Source: Lama glama (lineage: Eukaryota). Taken from it: a stretch of DNA of 64,000 nt. The DNA lies in contig CM052816.1 in assembly GCA_028534125.1 (NCBI GenBank), positions 91,514,001 to 91,578,000 of the forward strand. Reading direction: 5' to 3'. This document shows positions 52,980 to 64,000 of the stretch, one piece after another. The stretch's first letter is position 1. The number at the start of each line of letters is the position of its first letter. The translations under genes and the position numbers were made by a program. Below the pieces are notes generated by a model. The model worked only from the letters and a program-made list of their open reading frames with translations, made no database searches and had not been told where the DNA came from.

Positions 52980-53567
52980 GTCATCGGCATTATTCCTCTA
53001 GCTTCTCCACCAGTTTCCCTGCCCTGCACTCTATTCTCCTCTCAGCTGCCAGAGAGATCCTGGAAAACAGAACTCCAATTATGCTCGAAGCCTTCAGATG
53101 GCACCCATCTCACTCCAGGTGTACCATCTAAAGTCTAACCCTCTAAGGACCTGCAGCCCTGTGACCTCTGATCTTATCTCTTACCCCTCTTCCAACCCCA
53201 CTGGTCTCCCAGACAACTCAGGTGCCCTCCTGCCTCAGTGCCTGGGCACTGGACAGGGCTTCCCTGGATAGTGCCATGAGCCACCCCCACCTTCTGACAT
53301 GCCTTTATTGGACAAACATGCCTTTATTGGACAATTCTTCCCTAATCACCCTGCATAAATTAGTACCGCTGCCAGACTCCTGTTTATTTTCAGCACACTT
53401 TATCAGCCTGTGGCATTATCCATTTATGTCTTCACTTATGGATTTGCTGTCCTCACTCTGGAACGTAAGCTTTCTAGAAAAGGGATGCCTCTCTGTTCAT
53501 TGCTGAATCCCCTCTACTGGGTTCACAGCTGGTGCTAAGTACTTGTTGAATGAATGAATGAATGAAT
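52980..53567 (+). mobile_element. L2 3' region (intronic, antisense to FBXL7)
   Basis: gctgccagagagatcc...gtaagctttctagaaaaggga...ttgttgaatgaatgaatgaatgaa tail. Confidence 0.8.
53082..53156 (-). ncRNA. Sequence apparently orthologous to the human MIR887 precursor (L2-derived); function as a miRNA is doubtful
   Basis: The minus strand reads CTGCAGGTCCTTAGAGGGTTAGACTTTAGATGGTACACCTGGAGTGAGATGGGTGCCATCTGAAGGCTTCGAGCA. It is colinear with my recollection of hsa-mir-887 and sits in the same intron, ~0.9 kb before the last exon. Confidence 0.5.
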
Positions 53568-54640
53568 TACAGAGCGCACAGTGTTTTATAGGAAGACCCG
53601 GTGGAATAACCCAACGTCCAACATGGACATGTCCTCAGGACGTGGGCTGGGGGTGATGTACATCTCCACTGAAAAACCGACTGCCTTCTTTACAGCTTAT
53701 TATAATACCTTTTATTTATGTTGTATTATGATGTTTACAAAGTGCTTTTAGAAATATTTCTTTACCTGATTTTTAAAACAATCCATTCTACAGATAAGGA
53801 AATTAATGCCCAGGAAGAGATCTTTAGATGCCTCTCTGAACATTGTTTCTAGCCCCATTTCCCTAAGAATATGTGCATATATACATTTTACATGGATATG
53901 TTTATACTATATACTATATAGTTATGATACATTTTATATGACACATGAAACCCTCACTTCATTGTATATTTCAGTTGACTATATATTACTGTTAAAATAT
54001 GCACAGGATACTTTTAGTATCCGAATATAAATGAATAGTATGCATAGGTAATATACATTATAAAATAAAGGTATATGTATGTATGTATTTCATCCTACTA
54101 CATAGACTGCATATATAGTTTTCATCTTATCTCTGCTCTTCCTCGAATCCCTCTGGCAGCTCTAAATCCAGGTGCCTCACCTCCGGCTCCTCACCTCGGC
54201 TCATCACATCATAGCTAAGGCTTCGAAGCAACCACATGACAGTGCTCACGGGGACTGTCCTCCCACTCCTGGCAGGCTGCCCAGGAAATTCCTATAAAAT
54301 TCAGGTCCTGGGAATAATGAGGTTCAAAAGCCATGTGCTACCAAGTCAAAGAATTTCAGGAAGGAGTAAAGCATAAACTCCGACACTGGAGAACAGAGAT
54401 TTCACTTGTCAGAGGCGGCCCACACTGCTCTAGTGAGCTCCGTGGCTTTGCAGAAGGCTTTGTAGCTTTGAAATCGTCCTTTGTTTTGCGTTTCTTTCTT
54501 TACACTGACTGTAATCTTGCTTTATGCTGAATTGTGTATGTTCACAGCAGACGTTGCCCATCTGTGATGCCTGTAAAGGCACTTTGTTTTTCAAGATCAT
54601 ATGACCACCTCTGTTCCTAAACTCTTAGTTCCAGTTTTCT

Positions 54641-54666
54641 AAAAAAAAAAAAAAAAAAAAAAAAAA
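54641..54666. repeat. Poly(A)26 tract
   Basis: Directly visible. Confidence 0.95.
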
Positions 54667-55899
54667 TCTAGTAAAATCTGTTGTGCTCAGGGGAGGATAT
54701 TGTATTTGCTCCAGGGAAATATTTGCCTGGTTTTTCAAATTGAGCCCCAAATTTAATGAAATACTAACTTAGCTCAGTTTTGGTAAAGACACAATTTTGA
54801 TAGGCTTGTATTATTTTAGATCAGTAATTTTTAACGTCAGCTTTAGCCTTAATTCTTGCAGATTTGTTACGTTTGGATTGGAAAAAAACAAAAACAAAAA
54901 CTGCTCCATGGCTCAGTAGGTAATCTCTATGACTAGGGCATGCATCCATACATTACAGACATGGAGACAGCCTTAGAAACCATCCAGTGTAACCTTCATT
55001 TTTTAAAGATGAGACATCTCAGACCCAGTGAGAGTCTACGGCTTGTACAGCCAGGCTAGGGAAACCGGGTCCTGATCTAAGGCTTCAGCTTTGGCAGGGA
55101 TGGTAAGAAATGACTAGGACGTAGCAAGCAACTGATGAATTATATGAGAGATTTACGGTAGATATGTCAGCATGAAATGAATATTTAGACATTGGGGAAT
55201 CAGAAGTCTTGAAAGTGGTTATATCTCTATGGGGATTCTTGGAAGAGAGAAACAATTTAGATACACAAATGTGGAGCCCAGCTGGTATAAGGTAATAACA
55301 CGCGCAAATTCAAGAGACGAGAAAGCATGGCGGGTGAGGGGGCAGGGTGAGTTTATTGGGTGGAGCACAAAGGATTTTCATGGAAACTAAGACAGGAGTG
55401 GTCCGTTGAGGTCAGAGCTGGGGTCCTGCCTTGACACTCAGGGTAAGGAGTGTGGATATTACTCAACAGGGGATGGACAGTAATGGTTGAACAAATGTAT
55501 GGGTTTCTTCAATTAATTCCAGGTTTGGTTCAGCTTTCACTTCATTACCACTTCCTCTTATTTTGGGGATGATATCTGTACCTTCTCTGGGACATAAAAG
55601 GATCAAGTCCATGAAGACCAGCTACAGCCTACCAAGCATGTTAACAACAATGCCGGTCCCAAAACGATGACAGCCATCATGATTTATTGAATGCTTACTA
55701 CGTGGTGTTCAGCAGAGCACACATGTGAGGACTTAACCTGAAATAACTCATTTAATGCTCCCAACCAACCCATTTTTACTGATGAGCATGATTTAGTCAC
55801 TGCACTACAGCTTCCTAAATGCTTGTTTGGAGTATTAACCAATGACAACTTTGTCTGAACCTTTTGGAGATCAAGAGGACTGTTTAGGGTGTTGACACT

Positions 55900-56650
55900 C
55901 CTCTGTTCATTTAATTACAGTATCATTAAGTATAGAGACAAGATATGCCTCATTTCTGCCCTTAAAAGCTGAGAGTGGGTCGAGAGAAAGGAATCCAGGT
56001 ATATACAAGTACCCAGTTGCAGAACCCAGCAACTCTACCTGCCTGTACTGGGACAACTGGGAGGAAATCCTCAGCTTACCGGGGGTCAGGCAGGAAAGGC
56101 TTTACTTAGGGGATGCTTGGACTGGGGCTTGAGCGATGAGAAATCCATCGAGAGGTTTGTTGGGGAGGGGGCAAGGGGCAGAGGAGGGGATGGCATGCAG
56201 GCCAAAGAACTGCTCATGCATCACAGTGTGCACAGACATGATGTGTTTGGGAAATGCAACCGATTCCGAAGAAGGGAGCACTGAGGTTATATAGGAAAAG
56301 GGTGAGATTTGAACCTAGAAAGAGCAGTGCATGAAGGGCCATATATGCTCTGCGGAGGAACTTCTTCCTCTATGCCATGAGGAGGAATTGGAGATTTTAT
56401 GCAGGAAAATGAACGGTTAGACTTGTAGGTTGAAAACATTCCTCTGGAGGTTGGTTGTGTGGAGGGCTGGTTGACAGGGTTGAGACGGGTGTAAGGATGG
56501 TTCAGGAAGCATGCATCCAGGCAGGCAGGTAGAGGAGAGGGGATGGACCGAAGGTTCGAGGGGAGTAGAATCACCTGGACAGGATTTGACTGGTGGGATG
56601 TAAAAGATTAGGAAGAGAAGTAAGGAGGACTCCCAGGTCTCCAATTATAG
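55900..56650 (-). mobile_element. Degenerate L2
   Basis: ttggagattttatgcaggaaaatga...ggaggactcccaggtctc resembles antisense L2. Confidence 0.5.
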
Positions 56651-56751
56651 AGGGCCCTTTTGGAGCAATTTCACTCGTAGTAACTGTCAGACTTTGTACT
56701 TTGAAGACTGGTTGGTTTTAATATATTCCATTGCTGTTTAAAGGTGATATT

Positions 56752-57205
56752 GTGATGGCTAACGTCATGTGTCACCTTGACTAGATGTCGAGGTACCAAG
56801 ATATTTGGCTAAATCTTATTTCTGGGTGTGCCTGTGAATGTGTTTCTGGATAAGATTAACATTTGAACCAGGAGACCCAGTCAAGCAGACTGCCGTCCCC
56901 AATGTGGCTGGACACTATGCAATCTGCTGAGGGTCTGAATAGAACAAAAGGGTAGAACAGAGAATTCTCTCTCTCTGTCTGACTGAGCTGGCACATTGCT
57001 TTTCTCCTGCCTTTGGACTCAGACCAACACCATCGGCAACCCTGGTTCTCAGGCTTTTAGACTCAGACTGAACTGCACAACGAATTTTCCTGGGTTTCAG
57101 CTCGCAGATCGCAAACTGTGGGACTTCTCAGACGCCATCACTGTGCGAGCCAATTCATATGTATATATATGAATATATATATATCTTTAGAGAACCCTGA
57201 CTAAT
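56752..57205 (+). mobile_element. MLT2B-like ERVL LTR
   Basis: tgtgatggctaacgtcatgtgtcaccttgact...tagagaaccctgactaat. Confidence 0.88.
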
Positions 57206-59365
57206 CATTAATAAAAGGTAATATGTGATAAAGAAAAAACACTAGAGCTAATTACACTAACTTTCAATGACTTGAAAGTTAACTTTCAAGATAACTTTCA
57301 AGCTGGGCTTGTTAAGGATGGGAGGGGCAGTCTCATGTCCTCTGGGAGAATTAAGCTCCAGACCAGAGATGAGTCTTCCAAAGTCAAGTTTATTGCCATC
57401 GAGAAGGTGTGAGAACCAAGGGGAACAAGGCATAGGTGAAACCACAGCAATTTCCAGATTCCCTCAGAGCTGGAGGGCACCACTCAGAGGTGGTGACACA
57501 GACCCATCCTTATGGCCTGTTGGGTCTTTCAAGTTCATCTACACGAATAGCCCCACCCTGGCCCTGCCAACACCTGGAATTCTATGCTCTTGGTGAGTCT
57601 GATTCCCCCATGGACAGACTCTATGTACACAGATCTCAGGGGGTCATCGGGGGACGTGTGAGGAAGATCCTGCAACGGGTCAGGCAGATGGAGAGCATGG
57701 GCATGAAGGTTTACACAATGGTTAGCAAAGGGGTCGGGCAGGATCCACTCACTCAGGCTAGAAGCCCAGAAACTTCCACTCCCAACCAGCCAAAGTCGTT
57801 TCTGCATTTCTGAATGTCAAAAAGACTCCAAAGAGAGAACACAATTACTTGCAGCCTGTACTGGGGGTGTATGGGGAGCCCCTTTAACAAAGATGGGGAG
57901 CCCAAAACTGAGTCATTTTCTAATCTGAGAAAGTAAAAGAAAACGAGGTGTTTATAAACGAGGCCCTCAAGGTTCAGAAATCTTAGAGTGCTAAAGAGTC
58001 AAATCCCTTAGCCCCCCTCCCACCTTTTTTTTTTTTTTAAGTGAAGAGGAAACACATCTAGAGAAAGCTGTGAATTGTCCCAGATCACAAGTTTTGAAAC
58101 TAGTTTCCACCACATCACAATGCTTTCTCTTTCCAGAATTCCTTGGGGGGAAAAATGTAAGAAAAACCTCTTCAGTTCCTGCTTCTTGACGCCAACAGCT
58201 GCTCAAGACTAACTGAACAAACGGTTACGACGGTTTTGTCCTGAAGCCAGCTGAACAAGGGGAGCGGAGAGCTGCTTTCCAGCGGGGGAACGAATCTGCG
58301 AAAAATAATTGACTGTCATCTGAAATATTTTCAGATGTTGGTTTTCAAAAGAGAGAGTGAGCTCAGAGAGCTGACTTTTACCTCGGGTTTGGTGGGAGGG
58401 TATCATTTACCTCAGATGCTTGTAAATCGCAAATTTTGTTTATTCGCTTGTCACAGCGGTTTTTACTTCTCCCCGGCCCCACCCCGTCCCCCCAACCCGG
58501 CAACAGTCCCTGAGGCGGTGGCTCACGCTGTTCATTTCTCTAACTCCCTGATGCATCCTACACATTTCAGCCTCTCAAACGTTCATCTTTCGACTGGGCA
58601 GTGGATGAGATAAAGAAAGGCTGTTAGTCCGGCTGGATCTACGTCTGGCGCCCGAGTGTGAGTCTGGGTTTTAATTCTTCCTGCCTGAGAGAGCTTTGCA
58701 AGCAAAGCAGCCATGCTGGGATTTCCTTCATTTTTAAAAAGAACCGAAGGCTCCACTCCTCGGGCCCTACCCTTGCACCCTGTAACTGAGAATTTCGCCG
58801 AGAAGAGATGCAATATCTGTCCAAGGGTGAGGAGAGGAGGGTGAAACATGAGGAGCCCGCTGGCCGGGATGGGTTTTCCCCAGTGTCTGCAACAGTCACG
58901 AGCACAGCCCGCAGCACAGAATTGGCTGGACACAGCTCTCAGGCTCCAGGGAACCACAACCAGTGGACGTCAGGGTGGTTTTTCTAAACTACTTGCGTTT
59001 GAGTTAGATAGTTGGTTCCTATTTATCTGCGATGAGATATTTAGTCCCCATTATCTACGGTTGCTCTGAAATGACTTTGAGTATTTGGGGAGGACAGACG
59101 CATTTCAAAGTCATAATAATGAACTGCTGGACAAAAGGTGCCTCCAGTTCCTCTAAGAAATTGACATTATTTGATGAAGAGGATACGGCTGGCCCCCAGG
59201 GTCCTGATTCCAAAAAGACAGTATTTTAGGAAGAAGAGTCTGCCTCCTTACTGTCATCTCTAATGGCTTTCACAGAGGGGCCCCTTCCCAGGTGACCATG
59301 TCCTCTACTGCTTTGGGATGGTGCACTGGGAGGGGCCCACTGATAGCAGGTCAGTTGCCACGTAC

Positions 59366-59977
59366 CTGACACATCCAGGTGCTCCAGGTTGGGACAGAGG
59401 GACACCACGTCGAAGACCGCCTCGTTGGAGATATTGTAACAGCCGGAGACTTCCAGCCGCCTCAGCTCCGGGCAGCACTGGGCAATGGTGTAAAGACCTC
59501 GGTCCGTGAGCCGCCTGCAGCCACTGACACTGACGGTTTCCAGCATGAGGCAGACGTTGGGCGTGTCCTGGCAGAGCCTGCGGGTCAGCACCTTGAGGGC
59601 GCGGTCCACGTTGATGGTCTCGCCCGTCAGGCGGATAGTCCTCCAGAGCCGCGGGTCCCAGGCCAGGTTGTACCAGCGGCGGCACACGCGGGCGCAGCGG
59701 CACAGCTGGTTGGTGGGCAGGAAGGAGAAGACCTGCACCAGGGCGTGGTCCGGCAGGCGCTCGATGCTGGCCTGCTCCTTCTGCGGCCTGGAGGCCAGCC
59801 GGATGAGCGGGTGGGTGAGGCGGGTCGGGGGCGGGGAGTGGACCATGGCCACCGTCTCCCCGGTGATGGAGGACGAGGAGGTGGACGAGCCCCTTCCATT
59901 CTGAAATCCCGGCAGGTTCGGTGGACATATCAGGGCTGGGCTGGGCGTGCTCAGTGTGCGCATGCTCAGGTCGGAGT
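59366..59977 (-). CDS. FBXL7: FBXL7 internal coding exon (equivalent to human exon 3): Ser/Pro-rich N-terminal part, F-box and first LRRs
   Basis: Translates DSDLSMRTLSTPSPALICPPNLPGFQNG...RLPDHALVQVFSFLPTNQLCRCARVCRRWYNLAWDPRLW (F-box)...NLEHLDVSG. Acceptor ctttgctctctgtcctttgccag|AC at 59978/59977; donor TCAG|gtacgt at 59366/59365. Length 612 nt, phase 1-1. Confidence 0.97.
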
Positions 59978-60171
59978 CTGGCAAAGGACAGAGAGCAAAG
60001 GGTTAAGGACGGCGGGAGCAGAGCCCCGGACGGAAGGAGGCAGGCGAGGTGGTGACACTCATTCCACTGCCGTCCTCCCTGGACGGACCCCTGCTGAATC
60101 CATCACCGGAAGCGGAAGCACATGCCAGCTTCACCCATTCCGGAAAAGGGCCCATCCTCCAGTATCTGCAC

Positions 60172-60393
60172 CAGGGCTGGGCAGACTAGCTGGAAAGGGC
60201 CGGATACGAAATTTCTGAGGCACTGCAAGCCATGTGGGCTCTGTCTCTGTTGCAATTACTCAGCCCTGCCGTTTTGGAGCAAAAGCTGCCATAAACAATC
60301 TGTAACCGGGCAGTCGTGGATATTTCCATCAAACTTGTTCTGTAAAAACAGATCAGCTGCTTTGGCCGGAGGGCTGCAGTCTGCTGACCTCTG
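60172..60393. mobile_element. MER58A (hAT-Charlie)
   Basis: Ends cagggctgggcagact / agtctgctgacctctg; internal gtctctgttgcaattactcagccctgcc. Confidence 0.82.
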
Positions 60394-61089
60394 AGCTACA
60401 TTAATGGTGATTAAAGGACACAACTTCAAAGTTTAGTTATTTTTACACTGGGATGAAACCTCATATATGATGACGCAAACTGATTTACTTTTCTAATTAT
60501 ACTTCGGTTAGGCAGATGAAAATGTTTCATTTACAAACGTGTTTCACAGGAGGGGAAGGCTGGCCAGTGGGTGTGCAGAACATTGGCTGTCTTTGTCCTC
60601 ACCTGCCCCCTACTGTCCATCTTTTGATAGCAGTACCCTAAGCTCTGTGGTCTGGGTTCTGGGGAACCACCCCACTTCCTTCTTCTGTTAGGCTGGCATT
60701 TCAGATGGCATTTTCAGGCATGGAATTTCTGGACAATATTTATTTTTTCTTCTTATTAATAATTTCTCCCTTTGCATCTGAATAATGTGTACCAGAAAGA
60801 TCACTTGAAGAGGATACAAGTGGTTTTTTGTTGTTGTTGTTGCTTTGGGGGGTGTAATCACGTGGTTCTTAAGTTTATGGAGGATGGAACGTTCTTAGGA
60901 ATACCACTTTAAGAAGTCTGCTGCTCAGTTCATATCTGCTCCTCCCCCAACCTTCATGTATATATGAAAGAATTGATTCTCTCTACAAATATATTTATAT
61001 ATTATATTTTAAATATTTAGATGGATAGATCTAGGAAGACATTTATTCTCTTTCTAAATATATTTATATATTTCATACACACATGTGAA

Positions 61090-61157
61090 TATACATACAT
61101 ATATAATATATTATATATATATATATACACACACACACATACACACACATACACACA
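61090..61157. repeat. (TA)n/(CA)n compound microsatellite
   Basis: Directly visible. Confidence 0.9.
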
Positions 61158-61789
61158 GAATTTACCTCCAAAGTACACACTTCTTCATCTGTGAAGTAAG
61201 AGAGTTGGTCTAGATAATTTCTAAGTCATTTCCAGCTCTAATTATAGCTCTAAAGATTTAAACAAAAATTCTATCCTTGGGTCTTTTTTCACATTTTGTA
61301 CCTTGGGAATTTTCAGACACTTGTCCTTTCAAAGAACTTCCAGCAATAACATTCAACACAAGGACTTCTGACACAGGACATCTCTGCTGTCTATTTGTAA
61401 CTTTCTTACTGATACGCTTTCTCTACTATGTTTTCTTTTTACTGTACTTCTCCATAACCTAACACTGCACATGTCCTACACGTGTCCACGACTTTGCTTG
61501 TGGAGCATCCTTGAATTACTGTCTGCCTCCCCCTCACTCCCCACACACCTATACGCACAGCTTGTCGGCCTCTTGAAATGCAAACACCTTTTGTTACTGA
61601 GAGCAAATGCCACCTCCTCTAAGAAGACTTTCTTAGTTTCTTTGAGATATTATTAATCCTTTCCCTTTTGAAATCCCTTCCCTTTGTTACACAAACATGC
61701 ATGAATTTATCTTTCCCTAATTTGCTTGACTGTATTGTTCAATTTCGTACCTCTCTCTAGATTTCCCATATCCTTTGTCATATGCTTTT

Positions 61790-62132
61790 GCAGGCTTCTT
61801 AGGCAGCGTGTACCTCTTTGGTCCCGTGATGCTGGCTTTGGCCATGTGACTTGCTTTGGCCAGTGAATGTTAGGGGATGTGATCTGCCAAAAGCCATTTG
61901 TGTGGTTGTGTGCTTCTGTCACCACGAGAAGAACGTGCTTGGCTGGTCCACTGATCTTAGGATGGAGAGAGGCCTGTATCTTATCAGATTAGCAGACAGA
62001 ACTTGTAGCCATGCTCCACCAAGCCCAGCTGGGGTCAACCGATGCCCAGATGAACCACAGATGTGTGAGCTAGAATACTGAGATTAGGGGTGATTTGTAC
62101 CACAGCATTACTGTGGCAACGGATGATGGATA
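61790..62132 (+). mobile_element. MLT1I/J-like MaLR LTR
   Basis: ttggccatgtgacttgctttggccagtgaa...cacagcattactgtggcaa. Confidence 0.72.
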
Positions 62133-63272
62133 TGTCTTCCATTACACTAAAAACTCCTTTGATACAAGGGTTAAATCCTTTTCTTATGTGTGTCCTGGCA
62201 AGGCTGACATGGTTTATGGTACATAGTAGGTGCACATAAATGCCCTAAATTGAAGGGAAGTATTTATATGTCTAAAAAAGAACAGTTTCTAGGTTGATAT
62301 GTACTTTTCTGTCCCAGGTGGGATACACACTGCATTTTAAATCATTCTTAATTAAAGAAATACGTACTCTTTTTTTTGTAATCAGCTAAAATAAATAGTA
62401 AATCTTTAAAGAAAACCTTAAGTGTAAATCAATGACGAATTTCAGAACTGCCATCCAAGCTACCATGATTCTAACCATGATTATATGGACTCCAAGACTG
62501 TGTCTGAAGTTAGTGTTTTTCTTAGACAGGTGAACAGCTTACTTCAGATCAGGGGGTGGAGGGGAGATAATCTTAGACTTACAGCTCTGACATTCTGCAG
62601 CTGTGAGGGCTCTGAAATCTCTCCCCGCCTGCTTACATTCTGTTCATCTTGAAAGAGAGACCCTTAACAGTGTTCCGCAGAGACCTGCACAGCTTGACTT
62701 AGGCCCCTGAAGAATGAACTATAGTCACAGTAGGGGTGGAGGTGGATTCCAAAAACCTACATTTATAACTGGTTCACTTTTTGTTGCTTTTTCACACTCT
62801 CAGCAATGGATACTAGGAATGCGCCCAAATTGCCTAGCACTGCTGCGCATTTAGTAACGCTTTTAGTTTTCTCTTTCTTTTCTTTGTCAAAAATCATGCT
62901 CTTGTATGAACAGAATTCACAGTCAGAAAGAGATGGCAGCCTTGCACATCTGTGAGGAACATCCTGCCCTGGGGCGACTCAGGGGCCCAGGAATGGCTCC
63001 CCTACCCAGCACTTAGCGGCTGGGTTCCCGGCGGTAATTCACGATTGCTCTGCACTGCTCACCAGGGTGTGGAGACAGCAGGGGAGTCTGGGAGATTTCA
63101 GCCAGGAAGGCTGACGTCTCTTTTGCCAGAGCCTACACGAGCATTCTCTGAGTCTTTCCTACTTATTCTGCAGCAGGTCAAGAACCCGCAGAGAATTTTA
63201 GAAAGCATACGACTTATCATAATTGATAAATAGCACCTGGTAATTACAAAAATAATAAAGAATGATGAGTGT

Positions 63273-63626
63273 TGCTATGGTCTGCATGTTTCCATCCCTC
63301 TCAAATGCGTGTGCTGAAATCTTAACTCCCAGGTGATGGTATTGGGGGCTGGGGCCTTTGGAAAGTGATTAGATCTTTAGGGAGAACCTTCATGAATGGG
63401 ATTAGGGCTTCTGTCAAAGAGACCCCAGAGAGCTAGCTCTCACTTCCGCCATGTGAGGTTACAGTGAGAAGGCTGACATCCATGAGGAAGTGGGCCCCCA
63501 CCAGACACAGAATCTGCCAGCACCTTGATCTTGGACTTCCAGCCTCCAGATCTGTGAGAAATACATTTTGTGGTTTATAAGCCACCCAGTCTGCAGTCTT
63601 TGGCTGTAGCAGCCTGAACAAAGACA
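63273..63626 (+). mobile_element. MLT1A0-like MaLR solo LTR
   Basis: tgctatggtctgcatgtt...gcaccttgatcttggacttccagcctccaga...aagaca. Confidence 0.9.
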
Positions 63627-64000
63627 GGTAACAACTGGAGATGTACATAGCTAGATGTTGTCACAAAGCATATTTTCCGAATACTTTATGTCAAGAAATA
63701 TATATGGGGGAAATAGAAATACGTAAATATACATATATTTTGCCAAATACATACATACATACATATATATACACATACTTTTAATTTGGAAGTAAATGCT
63801 ATTATGGATAAAAATATGCATGGCTTGACACACAGTCTATCTTGTTCTTTGGTGCTGGAGCCATTTACTGCCACTAGGTATAGTTTATAAAAACAGAAGT
63901 AGTTTTCCACATAGAACTATCAAAAGTCCAAGAATACAAATGCCAATAAGCCAAGAAAATAGAGCGTGGCATTCAATTCAAAACAAGGGTCATTTCCGCC

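Larger units (their letters stand above)
52205..59365 (-). other. FBXL7: FBXL7 last intron (GT-AG, 7161 bp)
   Basis: Canonical GT donor and pyrimidine tract/AG acceptor; splicing restores a continuous reading frame. Confidence 0.95.

Noticed and set aside
54641..54666. Poly(A) tail of a retrocopy
   Set aside because: No recognisable element body or convincing TSD.
59226..59984. Treating the 252-aa ORF as a complete single-exon protein
   Set aside because: Its start lies in the acceptor tract and its tail after LDVSG is intron. Splicing gives the proper FBXL7 frame.
59379..60218. 279-aa plus-strand ORF, plus 207-aa and 132-aa alternative-frame ORFs over the F-box exon
   Set aside because: Same GC-rich exon shadow effect.

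Overview
This is mammalian genomic DNA, very probably camelid (camel, alpaca or llama), based on a vic-1-type tRNA-derived SINE with a clean 13-bp target-site duplication (TSD) and artiodactyl-type L1 3' ends. The only supportable gene is the 3' part of FBXL7 (F-box/LRR protein 7) on the minus strand: a 612-bp coding exon (59977-59366), a 7.16-kb intron, a terminal exon with 737 coding bases (52204-51468), and a ~2.6-kb 3' UTR ending near an AATAAA at 48862-48867. Positions 1-48.8 kb are downstream intergenic sequence dominated by repeats: L1, L2, MIR, MaLR/ERVL LTRs, three solo ERV1-type LTRs and MER DNA transposons. I found no new multi-gene system. The best leads are a diverged apparent orthologue of the human MIR887 hairpin inside an intronic L2, a nearby perfect 19-bp duplication that doubles an intronic poly(A) hexamer, an L1 with an internal micro-inversion, and three hAT elements stacked at one site. 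Repeat family names and human comparisons come from memory, not from a search, and repeat boundaries are approximate.
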